A DNA stretch of 64,000 nucleotides from Felis catus (GCF_018350175.1 NC_058368.1:180670001-180734000); one strand, 5' to 3'. Positions 12,851 to 26,047 are shown, counted from the first letter of the stretch. Notes: a model not told the origin generated them from the letters alone. A program made the numbers and translations.

Positions 12851-13399
12851 TGATTAGAGAAAAGTGTTGTGACTCACCCCATCATAAGGGGACAAGTCAC
12901 CCATCCCAGCCAACTCCCTCTCTAAACACTGGTTTATTTACCAATACAGGTTTTCCTAAAACCATACTGCTTTCCTAACTCTGTGCATCAGATCAACAGC
13001 AAGTTCCCCCAGGGTTAGGCACTCTGCTTCCTAAGGCTGCTTGGCAACTTATGTAGTCATCTATAAAGGGGAAAAAAAAGTTTTTAAGTTTCCAAAGCAA
13101 TTTAACTTGGGGGAGGGCTGACGGATTTAAGTCCCGAGAAGTGATTTGTTTGGTAATACAGCAAGCATGGGAAACGTGAACAGCCACTTTTGGAGGCTGT
13201 GGGTGTGGACTCGCTTGGGGCCACCAAATAATGGGCTCTGTCCCTTGTACACTGTGGAGGCAAGCCTCCTCCATGTCTGTTCGGCAAGCTGGGGGTAGGG
13301 ATGAAAGTGACCTTACTGCTCCTGGGCACAGTTATCATTGGACAGTCTCAGCAGAGTTCAAGGGCAATGTGATCTAGACTCAGACCTGAATGTGCACAA

Positions 13400-13570
13400 G
13401 CGTCTTTTGGGGATCCCATTAGAATGCAGATTCTGATTCAGAGGGGCTGGCATAGGGCCTGAGGGTTTGGATACTTTACAGGCTCCCCAGGTTGGGGCTA
13501 GTACCCCGGACCTACTGACTGAATCAGACACTCTGGAGGGAGCTGAGCAAGCTGTGTGTTTACAGGGGAT
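13400..13570. mobile_element. MER5-like hAT-Charlie MITE relic
   Basis: aatgcagattctgattcag...gggcctgag and cctactgactgaatcagacactctgg motifs. Confidence 0.6.
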
Positions 13571-13579
13571 TCTGATGAG

Positions 13580-13725
13580 TATGGTTCTAATTCCATACCT
13601 GGGCAAGTGTCTTAATTTCTGTAAGCCTCAGTTTCCTAAGCTGCGAAATGGGGATGATGATGATGATGATGTATGTTATAAAGATAAAATGAGATAATAA
13701 CATAAACCCTTCACATAGTGCCTCA
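13580..13725 (+). mobile_element. MIR relic
   Basis: ctgggcaagtgtcttaatttctgtaagcctcagtttcc...aaatgggga core. Confidence 0.7.
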
Positions 13726-14509
13726 GCCATTTTCTGCAAAGTGTTTTCCAAGTGTATCTGCTTTAAGCCCTTGTCCTGGGCCCTTGCTGCCAAGGAATTA
13801 ACTGCATGTTTTCTCAGGTCAGGGGTGGGAGGAAGGAGAGGTAGGTTTCAGCCATCAAACTGCATGGGGTGTAGAATGACTTATACAGGTAGCCACCATG
13901 GCTCCTGGCCCTTCTGCATTAATGGGGATTGTGGGGAGAGAAGGCGGACAGAGGGAGACAGGTATGCAAGGCAGAGGGTCTGAAGGGACAATGCATGGAG
14001 TGCATCTATGCTTATTCCATGGAGGATTGGTAGGGCCTGAGTGTCTTTCACTGAGACAGGCGAGGCCAGCTGAAAAAGGGGGAGGGGTTCTTTGGGCCAA
14101 GAAAGTTCTGAGGGATGTGTTTCTGGGGTGGTGGGGAGGACCCCTCCACAAGCAGGGAGGGGATAAGGGGCTTGTTATTCCTCTCCTGAGTGCAGAAGTC
14201 CACCGAGGGGAGCGACTCATGGGGAGGTGGGAAAGCAGGTTATGAGGCAGAGTCCAGCCAGGAGGTCGGACAGCCTGAGCTGCACATGGGGCTTTGACAG
14301 TTGTCACTGACCTCCATTCAGGGAGCCTTCCTGCCAAGCATGTCTCCTGTGTGGCCACTGGGGCTATATGCCTCAGAGTCAGCCAGACTCAGCCTCAAAA
14401 TCGGGCCATGCTATGTGTCCTTGGGCAAATAGCTAACTTTCCTTAAGTCTGTGTTTCTACTGTAAAATAAGGATAAAAACACTGATTTCAAAGACTCATG
14501 AAGACAAAT

Positions 14510-14760
14510 GCTATCTAATATTTATGGAGCACTTGATACATGTCAAGCACAGCTCTATACACTTGACATGAATTTACCTTTTAGTCCTTACAGCAATGCA
14601 ACAGGTAGTATTTCAATTCACCTCCATTTTACAGATGAGAAAACCAAGGCTCATGGAGGTTAAGTAATTTTTTAAAATGGGTATAGCTAACTGGAGGAGC
14701 ATGGATTCAATCCCAACAAACTCAAACTCTACTGCTTTTGTGCTTGGTAACTGTGCTCTT
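14510..14760 (-). mobile_element. MIR relic
   Basis: ccattttacagatgagaaaaccaaggctcatggaggttaagtaa, the reverse MIR core. Confidence 0.75.
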
Positions 14761-15080
14761 CTGAGACAAGGCACATAAACTCTGAGATCAATGTCAACTT
14801 TTTTTTTTCTGTTTTATTCCTCCTCCTTCCCTCTGACCCTCCCTCCTTCCCTGCATTTAAATTTGTGCCTCAAAGTTGGCTGATTCATATCACATGATTA
14901 ATCTGGTAAATTAGAACCTTGTTCTCCAGTGCTCATTTGGGTCTCGCACATTTTCTGGCAATGTTTTCATCTTTACAAGTCTTGTCCCCTAAATTCAAGT
15001 TGCCAAACATTTAGAGACCACATGCGACTTCCTGGGCACCAAAGTAGGTGCAAGGAGGTTTAATAAAGAGGACTGTTAGA

Positions 15081-15586
15081 CACCCCAGTCTCTCCTCCAC
15101 GGACCAGTGTCCCAAACAGCAGTGCTTTCAACAATAGCCAAAATTTGGAAAGAGCCTAAATGTCCATCAACTGATGAATGGATACAGATGTGGTTTATAT
15201 ATACAATGGAATACTACTTGGCAATGAGAAAGAATGAAATCACACCATTTGCAGCAATGTGGGTGGAAATGGAAGGTATTATGCTAAGTGAAATAAGTCA
15301 GCCAGAGAAGGACAGATATCATATGTTTTCACTCATATGTGCATCTTGAGAAACTTAACAGAAGACCATGGGGGAAGGGAAGGGGAAAAAGTAGTTATAA
15401 ACAGAGAGGGAGGGAGGCAAACCACAGGAGACTCATAAATACAGAGAACAAACTGAGGGTTGATGCAGGTTGGGGAAGAGGGGGAAATGGGTGATAAACA
15501 TTGAGGAGGGCACTTGTTGGGATGAGCACTGGGTGGTGTATGTAAGCCAATTTGACAATAAGTCATATTCATAAAAAAAAAAAAAA
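15081..15586 (+). mobile_element. 5'-truncated felid L1 (L1_Fc-like ORF2 end, 3' UTR and poly-A)
   Basis: ORF 15107..15349 (IAKIWKEPKCPSTDEW...MEYYLAMRKNEI). 16-bp TSD aaagaggactg(t/c)taga at 15065-15080 and 15587-15602. Confidence 0.95.
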
Positions 15587-15999
15587 AAAGAGGACTGCTA
15601 GAAACTTGTGATCCAGCAGGAGAAACCAATGTGATCACCCAGCTGGAACATGGCCCAGCATGAAGTAAGGGTCACTGCCACGATGTTGCCAAGACTTGTG
15701 TGACTGCAGGGTCCTATCTGGGCATGTTTCAGCAATAAGGTGACCTGAGTCCTGTCTGGGGATGTTTCAGGGTTGCGGTGACCTGTGAGCAGCAGTTTGA
15801 TAGGAAAGGTCGGGATTGATGAGAACCTTCCAGCTGAAGAAACAGCATGAGCTAAGAAGGAGAAGCAGGGCTATGATGCTTGATGAGTGACAAGTAGCTG
15901 GAATCTATGATATATGGGCTCTAGTAGGAGATGGTGATGCAAAAGGAGCTTAAATCATGGAAGACTTTGAATGTCATTCCAAGAATATTCTTTATTCTC

Positions 16000-16185
16000 A
16001 GAATATAGTCCCTGGCTGCCTGCATCAGAGCCTCCTGGGAGGCTTGTTTAAAAATGCACATCTCTGAGCCACAGCCCAGTCCTATGGATTCAGAATTGGC
16101 TGGCATAGGGGGTGAGCCTGGAAATATGCATTTGTAACAACTGTCCCACATAAATGTCTTTAAACAGAAGTTTGGTAGCCATTGT
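16000..16185. mobile_element. MER5A-like DNA transposon relic
   Basis: gcatcagagcctcctgggaggcttgttaaaaatgcacat...tatgcatttgtaacaa...aagtttgg. Confidence 0.7.
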
Positions 16186-16624
16186 GGGAGGCAGCTAGGA
16201 GCCACTGAAGGTGTTTGAGGAGAGTAGTGACATGCTCCCAAGTGCTCTAGAGAATGCTGGAGGTTGAGCAGGGAGAAATGGCATCAGGAAGAGGTTGGCA
16301 GCCATATGAACAGGGCTGTGACTGTGAAGGCAGAGAGGAGAAATGAAGCAGAGTGTGTTGGAGGTTGATGAAACAAGAGTCAGCAAATGATGTGAAGAAG
16401 GAGGTGATGGGATGTCTCTGGTAGCTGGGAGAATGACTTAGACAGCAGGCTCCGAAGTCAGAGGGACTTTGTTTTGAATGCTGGCTCAGCCACTTTCCAC
16501 TTAGTAAAGTCTTGTTTCTCTCCTGTAAAGTTTCCTGGGGTTCAAACCCTAGTGCACAATCACCACACAAACTGCTTGAAAAGTGCATCTTCCTTTGGCC
16601 TCACGTCCCCCAAGTTGAATTTCA

Positions 16625-16870
16625 TGGTCTAGAGTTAAGAGCCTGGCCAAGACTGCCTGGTTTGAATCCCAGCAATACCACTTCTTAGCTGAGTGATCTT
16701 CAGCAAGTTACCTAACCTCTCTGGGCTTCATTTTCTTCATCTATAAAAGGGGACTGTAGTTGTATATAAAATAGGGCTATTGATGGTGAAGTGAGATAAT
16801 TATGCAGTTGCTTAGTACAGTGGTTGGTGCACAGTAAGAACTCAATAAATGTCGGTGATGATGACGATGA
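16625..16870 (+). mobile_element. MIR relic
   Basis: gactgcctggtttgaatcccagc...caagttacctaacctctctgggcttca...gcacagtaagaactcaataaatg. Confidence 0.8.
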
Positions 16871-17759
16871 GTTTGGCTTTAGTGTTAGAACTCCAAGAGG
16901 CACTGGATAGTGGGTAGATTTTCCAGTTAACAGGAGAAAAATGGCAAGATCCCTGTTGTCTTTTTTCAAGCCTCCACAGAAGCTGGGTAGGAGCTGAAGA
17001 CAACCCCCAGAGAGAAGGCTTTATGTTCCCGTGGTTGTGGCATTTCTAGGTCTCCCCTGACAGCTGTTCAGCAGCAGGAAGTGTCATTTCTAATAGCTAT
17101 TAAGTACGCATTACCTAACAAGTAAGGCTCTTGTGTTTTAAGTTTCTGCTGTAGGTTTGGGGCCTCAAGCTCACAACCAAACAAGCCATCGGAGAAGCCA
17201 GTGTCAAAAGAGAAAAATCAGAAGCCTTGGATGTCTTCTGAAATGCAAGGCTGTTTTGCCAACAACCCAACGAAGCATCTCAAGCCAGTGAAAGACCTTC
17301 AAATAAAAGTAAATAAAGAAAAAAGGAATCATAATTAAAAAGCAGGTAGGCCACAACAAATAGCATTTAAGCAAGGAGGAAGTTATGAACGGCAGATAGT
17401 AATAATAAAAAATGTAGACTTAACAATATTTAGAGCTGGATGGGAGAGGTACCTGATGGAGAATGGGACAAAGTACCAGGAAAGAAATGCCATTTGTCCT
17501 CAAGCTCTGAATCTGAACACATTGCTTATTACACTGCACAAATAATGAAATTCTATACCGGAAGACACCCTTCAGTATAGTTCCCTTGTTAGAGTCTTTC
17601 TCCATGGAATTTTCTCCACATGCCCTGATGCTAATTGGCTACTTTTATAGATTCATATAGATTCATTTCTTCATAAACTTATCATCTTAACAATGTCTAC
17701 ACCATTCAAAGTCCACATCACAGCATTTAAGACTCAACACTTATACTTCCCACTTGCTT

Positions 17760-17900
17760 ATCATGTGTATCCAGCAGAATGGAAGCTCTCAGAAGGGAGG
17801 GCCATGGCGTGCTTGCTCATCATCATATTTCTGGCACTTAGTGAAGTACCTGACTCATACAAGGCACATAATAAGCATTTGTTGGATGCATGAATAAGTT
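17760..17900 (+). mobile_element. L2 3' end relic
   Basis: gaatggaagctctcagaagggaggg...gcacataataagcatttgttggatgcatgaat. Confidence 0.6.
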
Positions 17901-18588
17901 CTGTCCCCTCAACTGACTTGGAACAATGTGTTAGAACCCTTACACATTCTTTTGATGTGAGGATCAGTTCCATTTTGACTTCTGAGCCTCCCCGGACCCC
18001 AGCTCAGTGGGGGCTGTGGAATGAATGCTCTGCAAATTCACGCTGACTGATTCCTCCGTTCACCACAAGGCTGTCTTCAGATGCCTGATGCAGACTGGCA
18101 GGTGTATAAGAAGACAAGGAACTGCTGTCTGCACCGCACATCTGAGGGCATGGGAGGCGCAGTGTGAGGTCAAGAGAGTAAATCCGTATTTCTGTCACTT
18201 GGACACATACCCGGTCGTTCGGATGTGATGGGAATCTCACTTGCTAACATGGCAAATTTCTCCCCTGGCAGGAGGGCCTGAGTCTACCTGCCGCCTGCGG
18301 TGGCAGAAACTGGCAGCACTGGAGGCATCCTGGGCACAGCTGTCAGGGAAGGAACAAAGGTGAATGCGGGTTTGTGTTGAGGGGGGACTTGGGTATTCCT
18401 AAGACTTTTATCAAGAAGGAAGAGAAATGATCATGGGCTAGAGCTGGGAGGTGGCAGGAGCCATTCTAGCTGGCAGGGCCAACTGACTTTCCTTCCTACA
18501 TTTGCTAGCATGATTACCTCACCCTGTCTGCCCCACTTATTTTATTCTAACACTTAGGAGCTTCTTGGGCTCAGAAGTTGGGTTTTAA

Positions 18589-18797
18589 AAAAAATTAATG
18601 TTTATTTATTTTTGAAAGAGAGAGACAGAGCGTGAATGGGGGAGGGGCAGAGAGAGAGGGAGACACAGAAGCTGAAACAGTCTCCAGGCTCCTAGCTGTC
18701 AGCACAGAGCCCAACATGGGACTTGAATTCACAGACCTTGAGATGGTGACCTGAGCTGACGTCGGACGCCCAACTAACTGAGCCACCCAGGCGCCCC
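18589..18797 (-). mobile_element. Can-SINE (SINEC_Fc-type)
   Basis: Reverse-complement SINEC ending gagccacccaggcgcccc. TSD agaagttgggttttaa / agaagttgtttttaa. Confidence 0.95.
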
Positions 18798-18994
18798 AGA
18801 AGTTGTTTTTAAGTAGCAATCTGCCATAGCCACCAACAAACTGTGCAGGACCAATGGGATAGAGCCTCATAGTGTCTCTGCTATAGGGGTGGTGGGGGAG
18901 GGGAGATACATGTGCACACACATACACACACTTACACACAACCACATTCTAATATTTCTTTTATTAAAAATCAGAGGTGTATCTTTGATACGAT

Positions 18995-19410
18995 TCACTG
19001 AGGAGGGCACAGCATTTTGCTAAAAATGTGCAACTTCAACCTAATCTCGAGAAAACATCAGACAAACCCACATTGAGGGACATAGTAAAATATACCTGAC
19101 CGGTACTCTTCAGAATGGTCAAGGTCATGAAACACAAGGCAAAGACTGAGGACCCTTCACAAACTGGAGGGGACATAGGAGACATGACAACTAAATACAA
19201 TGTGGAATCAGAACCAGAAAAAGAAGGGAAAAATTAGAAAAAAAAGTCTGTAAATTAGTCAATAGCATTGCTTCAGTGTTAATTTCCTGGTTTCAATAAT
19301 TGAACCATTATAATTTAAAATGTTGACATTAGGTGAACTCTGCACAGGAACTCTATGTACTGTTTTTGCAATTTGTCTGCAAGTCAGAAAGGATTTCAAT
19401 ATAAAAAAAC
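18995..19410 (+). mobile_element. Ancient L1MC-type 3' UTR fragment
   Basis: acctaatc...aacatcagacaaaccc...gtcaaggtcatgaaa...gacatgacaactaaatacaatgtgg...gaactctatgtactgtttttgcaa. Confidence 0.7.
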
Positions 19411-21479
19411 CCTCAAACGTGGGGGGTAGTTAAAACAGGATTTATCTCCTATTGTTGATATGAGAAAGGATAAAGTAGTATGTTTTAAGTACTTCACACA
19501 GTGCCTTCTACATATCTAATACTTAATAACTATTTGTTATTATTAAAAAAACAATTTGAAGTGGAGCCTTAACTCAGGTGCTAATCATTACATTTATTCA
19601 CTTGAAACTCTTACAGTTAAATTTGAGTGCCTATTTTTACTGGTCTCTCACTTCATCACACAGGTGTAGTTAGCGATTTTTGTTACTCTGAGGAGCCGGT
19701 ATTTATAAAATGAAATGTTAAAGGGTTGCATCTTTCTAGAAGCCAGACTAGAGTACATGGGCTCAGCTCCACTTTTGTGATTCTTGGTGTGCAATAAGTG
19801 TGTGAGAAGCTGACTTGGCTTGAATGCTCATGACCGTGAAAATATTCCTCTCTCGATAAGGTCAAAGGTAGCACTAACATGTCCTATTTATTGCAATTGA
19901 CAAGTTTTCTCTTTTCAAATTTTGGATTTTGACATTGTTCTTTTCAGAACAAATTTATCAATGTAAATGTCATGAGTTGACTTGGAGAAATATGTTAAGT
20001 AAATAATAATATAGATAGTCCGTGAATTTATGATTTTGAAAATCATAAAGGTGGTACATGAAAGAGCAAGGTTCGGGGAATAAAGGGCTTAGAATATTTC
20101 CCAATATCGTTAATAAAGTAGCTTAAACTGTGTCCATTTCAAAAATCCTAAGGAAGAAATATCTTTAGGGCAAAGAGGTAGATTTTTACTCCTAATACTC
20201 TTGAGCCAACTTTGCCAAGAAAAAAATAGGGAAACAAAGAGAAAACAGTTTTATTCTTCAAATACTTCAATTTTGCCCACTGCAGGCATCAAGAGCTAAA
20301 TTAAAATATACAACAAGTTCAAAGGCTGATTACAGGAATAGCTCCTGAGTATGCAGGAGTAACTACTCTTAACAGCCGCTCAATATTTGTTTCACAACGA
20401 TCAATTATATACCATGGCTAATGCACATTTGGAGTGTGCGCCCAGCCACAGTGCAGGTGGCGAATGCAAAACTCACACCGAGAGTCCTTTTAAGCAGCTA
20501 AATGCACACGCCATTACAGATCCATAATGCAGAATGGACGCCCGTCTGCAAATGGATTTAAAGCGAGGAGTTCTTAAATGGCTGAGGTACTTAGGGCTGA
20601 AAGGCCAGTAACTGGATGTGCTGCCAGAGCACACATGGTTTTTAGGATTAATAATACATCGATGTGTGTCAGTGTTAATATACATTTACAGCTCATGGGC
20701 CATGCAGCAGAGGGCTCAGCCCATTTGCAGCCACATATGAAAGAACTGTTCTGTCCTTCCTTTCATTAATGTCTTCACTCCTAGGAAAATTAGATTACGC
20801 AAGAAAGGCCATTCAAGCAGTACTGAGGTTTTCCCTCCTTTCCAGCATTCACAAGGAAAAGCGTTCAGTGCAGTGAAGCCTTGTGTCATCCACCTTCCCC
20901 CATCATGGTGCCTCAGAACCTGGCCAAGCAAAGCACTCAAGGGTCCACGGTCTACTTGGTGATGTGCCCACATGCCACTTGGTAGGGTATGCTGAGGCTT
21001 CTTGCTCTGCTTCCCTTTTGTATCTGACAAGTTTACCAAAACTTTCACATTACTTAGTGATGGAGGATATGTCTGTAGGTGGTATCATTTAGGGATTGGT
21101 CTCCAGAACTTCAAGCACAAGGAAGTCCTCTTTGCTTATCACTCAGCACTCAGAAAGCTGGGAATCACAAATCTTTGGAATACTGTGAATGTTTGAAATG
21201 CAATTTCCCCCAGCAATTGTGGTGAGAATGGGGAAAAGGAGAGGCGCTAGTTAGCATTTACAGAGTAGCTTTATTAATAAGTGCCTCTCTCTCTGAGCAT
21301 CAAGGCAGGATGATGGTCTTTTAATGAGGGGCACATAAAAATAATGAAAAGATTGTTTAAATATATAAATAATACAGTGTGATATACATCAATTAAAAAT
21401 GGTAAACATAAACTCTTAGAGGGATCACAACATGTTCTGCTAAGAGCTTTGGGTGTGTTTGCCTCATACCATCGCCACA

Positions 21480-21640
21480 ATGAACTTGTGAAGAAACTCT
21501 GCACTTTTCCAGAGGAGGAAACTGAGATTCAGAAATGTTAGATCACTTGCTCAAGGTCACAGAGACACTCAGTGGTGGAGCTGAGATTCAACTCAGAAAT
21601 GTCTGACTCCTCAGCAAGGGTTCTGAACCTCTTCCTCATT
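21480..21640 (-). mobile_element. MIR relic
   Basis: cagaggaggaaactgagattcagaaatgttagatcacttgctcaaggtcacagag. Confidence 0.7.
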
Positions 21641-21692
21641 GCTTTCCACACTGGGATATGACCTGCTGGTGGGTGAGGAATCAGCATAGCTG

Positions 21693-21727
21693 TTTTTTTT
21701 TTTTTTTTTTCTTTAAAGTTTATTTAT

Positions 21728-21770
<43 letters not shown>

Positions 21771-21923
21771 CAGAGAGAGTGAGCAAAGGAGGGGCACAGA
21801 GAAAGGGTGAGAGAGAATCCTAAGCAGGTTGCACGCTAACAGTGTGGGGCTTGATCCCACAAAGTGTGAGATCATGACCTGAGCTGAAATCAAGAGTTGG
21901 ATGCTGTGCCATCAAGATGCCCC
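21693..21923 (-). mobile_element. Can-SINE
   Basis: Poly-T, (GA)n, gagatcatgacctgagctgaaatcaagag. Diverged TSD beginning aatcag. Confidence 0.9.
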
Positions 21924-22688
21924 AATCAGTGTAGTGGGTTTTAACTGGTGTTTTTAGAAGATGAAACAGAAAAGAAGCATGGAGTGAAGATAAGTGTAGT
22001 TTTGTAAAAGGTTAATTTTAATTTTATATTTGTATTTACCTAGAATATATACATGTGTGTGTGAGTGCGCACAACATATCTGAAAAGGGCGAGAAGCTCT
22101 GCTTTCTCTTACACTTGCCTTTGACAGAGACACTTGAAGGTTATGCTCAAGGTCTTTTGCAAGCTAGGTATGCAGCCCCTAAGTCCCCTGGTTTTGTGAG
22201 AGTCATTTTCTCTTATATTACCTTTCCCCCAAGAATCCCAGGGCCCCAGCAATTCTGTGCAAAGGAGTGTAGATAAATTAATAATACAATTTAAAACCGA
22301 TTCCACCAAGATAAATAGCGCTTCCTAGATTAAGAGTGTAGCTGGCCAGAATGAATGAAATTTACTAACCCTGAGATGCTTAATCTTCCATTACATAGAA
22401 GTTAATGATTATAAGAAAGGAGTGATGGTAATTCACTTTTGCTTTTACAGGAAATCCAACCATCTAATTTTTAGCAAATCTTTCTTCTCAGCACACCTCG
22501 ATGCCAAGGATAACCTCCCTGCTCTTCTAGGTAAATTGGCCAATTGTCATATATTAAAACCTGCTCCTTGCTAAAGGGTTAGGTCTTCTAGCATGCATGG
22601 GCTTACAAGTTGTCCCAGTGGAATTCTGGAGGGCATGTGGGCTTCTTTGGTACCCCCTTGCCCCCTCAAAGAAGTCTATGTCTTGTTA

Positions 22689-22913
<225 letters not shown>

Positions 22914-23611
22914 TCAAGTGCCCACAGGGGACCGGTAGCGAGCGTGAGTGAGTGAAGGGAATGGGAAATTAAAGGGATGAGGGCAATGTGGACAATGCAT
23001 GGAAGTAACCACTGCTCTCTATCTGACTAACACCCAGGCAGGAATGCAGGGTTAGTATTGCTGCAACATCTGCTTTTGCAAAAGAAATGACTTATTTGGA
23101 TTTAAAACCTGAAATTTCCCATGTCTGAATGTTGACAAGTTTAAAACTTCATGAATGTTGTCCCCTTCCCTCCCTGTGCCCCCTACCTGCCCCCTGCCCT
23201 TTCAGGCTATCAATCTGAGATTTGGTATGACATGTGGGATATCAGCCTTTAGCCTCAGATAACGGGGAGGAGTCTCCAAATGACAGTGGTGGTTCCTGAT
23301 CTCAGGTTTGTAGAGTAAAAAAATTCCTTGCTTTAAGGAAAGAAAAATCCAAATGTGTAAGACTGACCAATTTAGGCACTGTTTTGGATCCATTAAGTAG
23401 TAGGTTTTAGGTCATATGAAAGTCCTTTTCTGCCTACCTTTTGCAGACCTTATTTTTCATGAAAATCAATTAGTTCCCATTTGTTCTAACCAGCATAGCC
23501 ATCTTATTTCATGATTTACTTTTCTATGCATACTCTTAAGTCATAACTTCAAAGGGATCATTTTGGAACTTTTTCATGTTAACTTAGGTCTACACAGACG
23601 AAGACATACTC

Positions 23612-23639
23612 TTATTATTATTATTATTATTATTATTAT
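23612..23639. repeat. (TTA)n microsatellite
   Basis: Visible trinucleotide run. Confidence 0.9.
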
Positions 23640-24191
23640 CAACCTCATTTTTTTTTTGCCTTAAATTAAAATAAACACACTTAGACTTTCAGGTGCCAAA
23701 TTACTAAGATGATGAAAAACACAAGCCATCATGGCCAGAATGTGACCTTTACCCAACCCTTGGGGAGTCAGGGTCACTGACCTGGTGGATGTTGCATGAA
23801 AGACTATCAAGTAAGACCGTTCCTAATGGAGTAACCTGAGAGTGGTAAAGAAGGCTTTTCCTTTAAACCAAATTTTCCAGTTACTCCCACTCTGGACTGA
23901 AAAGCAAAATTGTGCATACTGCTTTCTTTCTAGTGTTTCCCTTCCTAGCCCTCTTCTTCCAGAACCAAGCTGTAGTTGGTTTCTGGCACTCTGAGGAGAA
24001 CTCAATGAGTGTATTTGCTTTTATGAAATCAGGTAAAAGACTACAGACTCCATGAAGCCAATTTCTTGAATGTTTATCAATTAACGCTTCAGGTTAAAAC
24101 TCCTCGAGGTTGGCTCTGTGGGTGGGCTGAGAAACATCCAAGTGGCTACTGATTTCCATTTATTCATCATACACGCATTCATTCAAGAAGC

Positions 24192-24252
24192 TTAAGGTTG
24201 AGTCATGAGATAGCCACTTCTGCAGGTCAAAAATCAGCAATTTCACATGGTT
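24192..24252. mobile_element. MADE2-like Tc1/mariner MITE (left part; right terminus resumes near 24775)
   Basis: aggttgagtcatgagatagcc...gcaggtcaaaaatcagcaatttcacatggtt resembles the recalled MADE2 consensus. Confidence 0.6.
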
Positions 24253-24769
24253 TGGGGAGACAATTCTCCATGTCTCTAATCCTCCATATGTGTTTCTGAA
24301 GGTCTTGTGAACTGACACACTGCCTTAGTTTTGGACTATCTTTTCAAGGTTGTCTGCACAGTGAACCACGTTGGAAGACAGATATAGTGTCTTTCTCCAG
24401 AGCAAAGGGCAGGTTTACTTACTGTCCAGTATAATAAAGATAATATTTCCCTCTAGAGCAAAGAACAGGCAGGCTCACTGCCCATTCTGAGAGACTCAGG
24501 TGTAATAAACTCAAGATTTCTTTTCTGTGATGCAACCTATTGCATGTGCGGGTATCATGGGACCCTGTTCATGTAGCCCTGTGGGAACTGGGGCTTGGAG
24601 GACCAGCACACATACTAATATCTGGATATTGCATTGTTCTGAGTGATAAAGGCCCTTGTCTCTGACCCAGGAGTTTCATGCCTTTTGATAATATCTATGA
24701 AATTGTGGCAAGCTAACATGTTAGCTTACAATTAGGGTGAGCTCTTAGACCTGTCATATTCTTGAAGTA
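24253..24769 (+). mobile_element. Ancient ERVL-type solo LTR (LTR47-like)
   Basis: Starts tggggagacaattctccatg. Internal duplicated ctc(c/t)agagcaaag motif. Ends gctaacatgttagcttacaattagggt...ttcttga. Flanked by a tggtt duplication at 24248-24252 and 24770-24774. Confidence 0.75.
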
Positions 24770-25424
24770 TGGTTCACTTTATTAACTAAACACCTATTCT
24801 ATGCGAGGTACTGTAAAAGGCATTGGTGAATACAAGGGTAAATAAGACAGGGAAGGTCCCTGCCCTCATATAACTTTCACTGTCATGGAGAATACAGGTC
24901 AGCCCCCCCCCCAATATATCAACAAATAAAACAAGTAAAAGTTGTGATAAGTACTTTGAATAGAATAGGATACTTCGATAGGGAGTAGCAGGAGGAAGAT
25001 ACTCAGGGAGGAAGGCCAGAAAGGGCCTCTCCATTCCATGCAGGTGATATTTAAGGGTGAGCTGGGATAGGCAAGTAAAGAGCTAGTTACAAAGTATTTC
25101 ATATAGTAGGAATAGCTTATGTAAAGGCCCTGAGGTGGAAAATAGCAGAACTGATCCAATGTGGCTGGAGGGTAAAAAGGAAGGGAGTGCCATGAAATGA
25201 GTTTGGAGAGGTCCAGGCAGGGGGTCAGATCATATGGGGCCCTGTAGGTCATGCAGATAGTTGGATTCTTTTCTGTTACCCATGGGAACAAGCAGTTTTC
25301 AACATAGAAATAACATTGTCCACTTTGCATTTTAAGAAGTCACCCCTATAGTGAGGTAGAGATTGCTTCTCCCTCGACCAGCATCCAGGTCAGGGAATGG
25401 TTTGGTACAAACTGACACTGCTGA

Positions 25425-25646
25425 GGGGAACCTGGGTGGCTCAGTCGGTTGAGCCTCTGACTGTGGCTCAGGTCATGATCTCATGGTTCTTGGGTTCAAG
25501 CCCCATGTTGGATTGTGTGCTGACAGCTGAGAGCCTGGAGCCCTCAGATTCTGTGTCTCCCTCTCTCTCTGTCCCTTGCCTGCTTGTGCTTTCTCTCTCT
25601 CTCTCTCTCTCTCTCTCAAAAGTAAATAAACATTAAAAAAAACAAA
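25425..25646 (+). mobile_element. Can-SINE
   Basis: ggggaacctgggtggctcagtcggttgag head, (CT)n and A tail. TSD ctgacactgctga on both sides. Confidence 0.95.
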
Positions 25647-26045
25647 CCCTGACACTGCTGAGCTCAAGGCACCCTGTTTCCAAACCTACCAACTTTAGAG
25701 ATAAGGCAGCAGAGGCCGAGGGAGCTCTTTGCCACCAGAGTCTCATGCAAAAGGACGGAGCTCTTTGCTGCGCTGGAGGACCTCTCTTGCTCTTTAGCTG
25801 AGGTATTTATCCTTAATGTCAGTTTACAAAATACCTAGCTCCTAGATATCTTCCTTCCCCACCTTCTCTCAATCAAGGTTTTTATATCCATTTCTGTGTT
25901 CCTGTAATTCCCACAATTACCCTTTCATGTGTGTGTCTTCTCTCACCAGGCTCCATGAGGAACAGACCAGATGTGAATCATTCATTGAGGTATTCTCAAT
26001 GTACACGGCAGGTCCTTGGTAAACAGTTGTCAAAGTGTGTGCACG

Positions 26046-26047
<2 letters not shown>

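Larger units (their letters stand above)
24160..25350 (-). mobile_element. L2 relic interrupted by MADE2-like and LTR insertions
   Basis: cattcattcaa tail at about 24175, resuming at 24790 (cacctattctatgcgaggtactg...gtccctgccctcat...ggccctgaggtgg...tgtggctggag...cagatcatatggggccctgtagg). Confidence 0.7.

Noticed and set aside
13855..14358. Longest ORF in the track (167 aa), plus 32163..32645 (160 aa) and 24899..25330 (143 aa)
   Set aside because: No recognisable domain or exon structure. They fall in GC-richer intron or L2 relics where such ORFs arise by chance.
1987..20471. Identical 13-mer ggcgaatgcaaaa at 1987-1999 and 20459-20471
   Set aside because: Tens of 13-mer matches are expected by chance in 64 kb, and the similarity does not extend.
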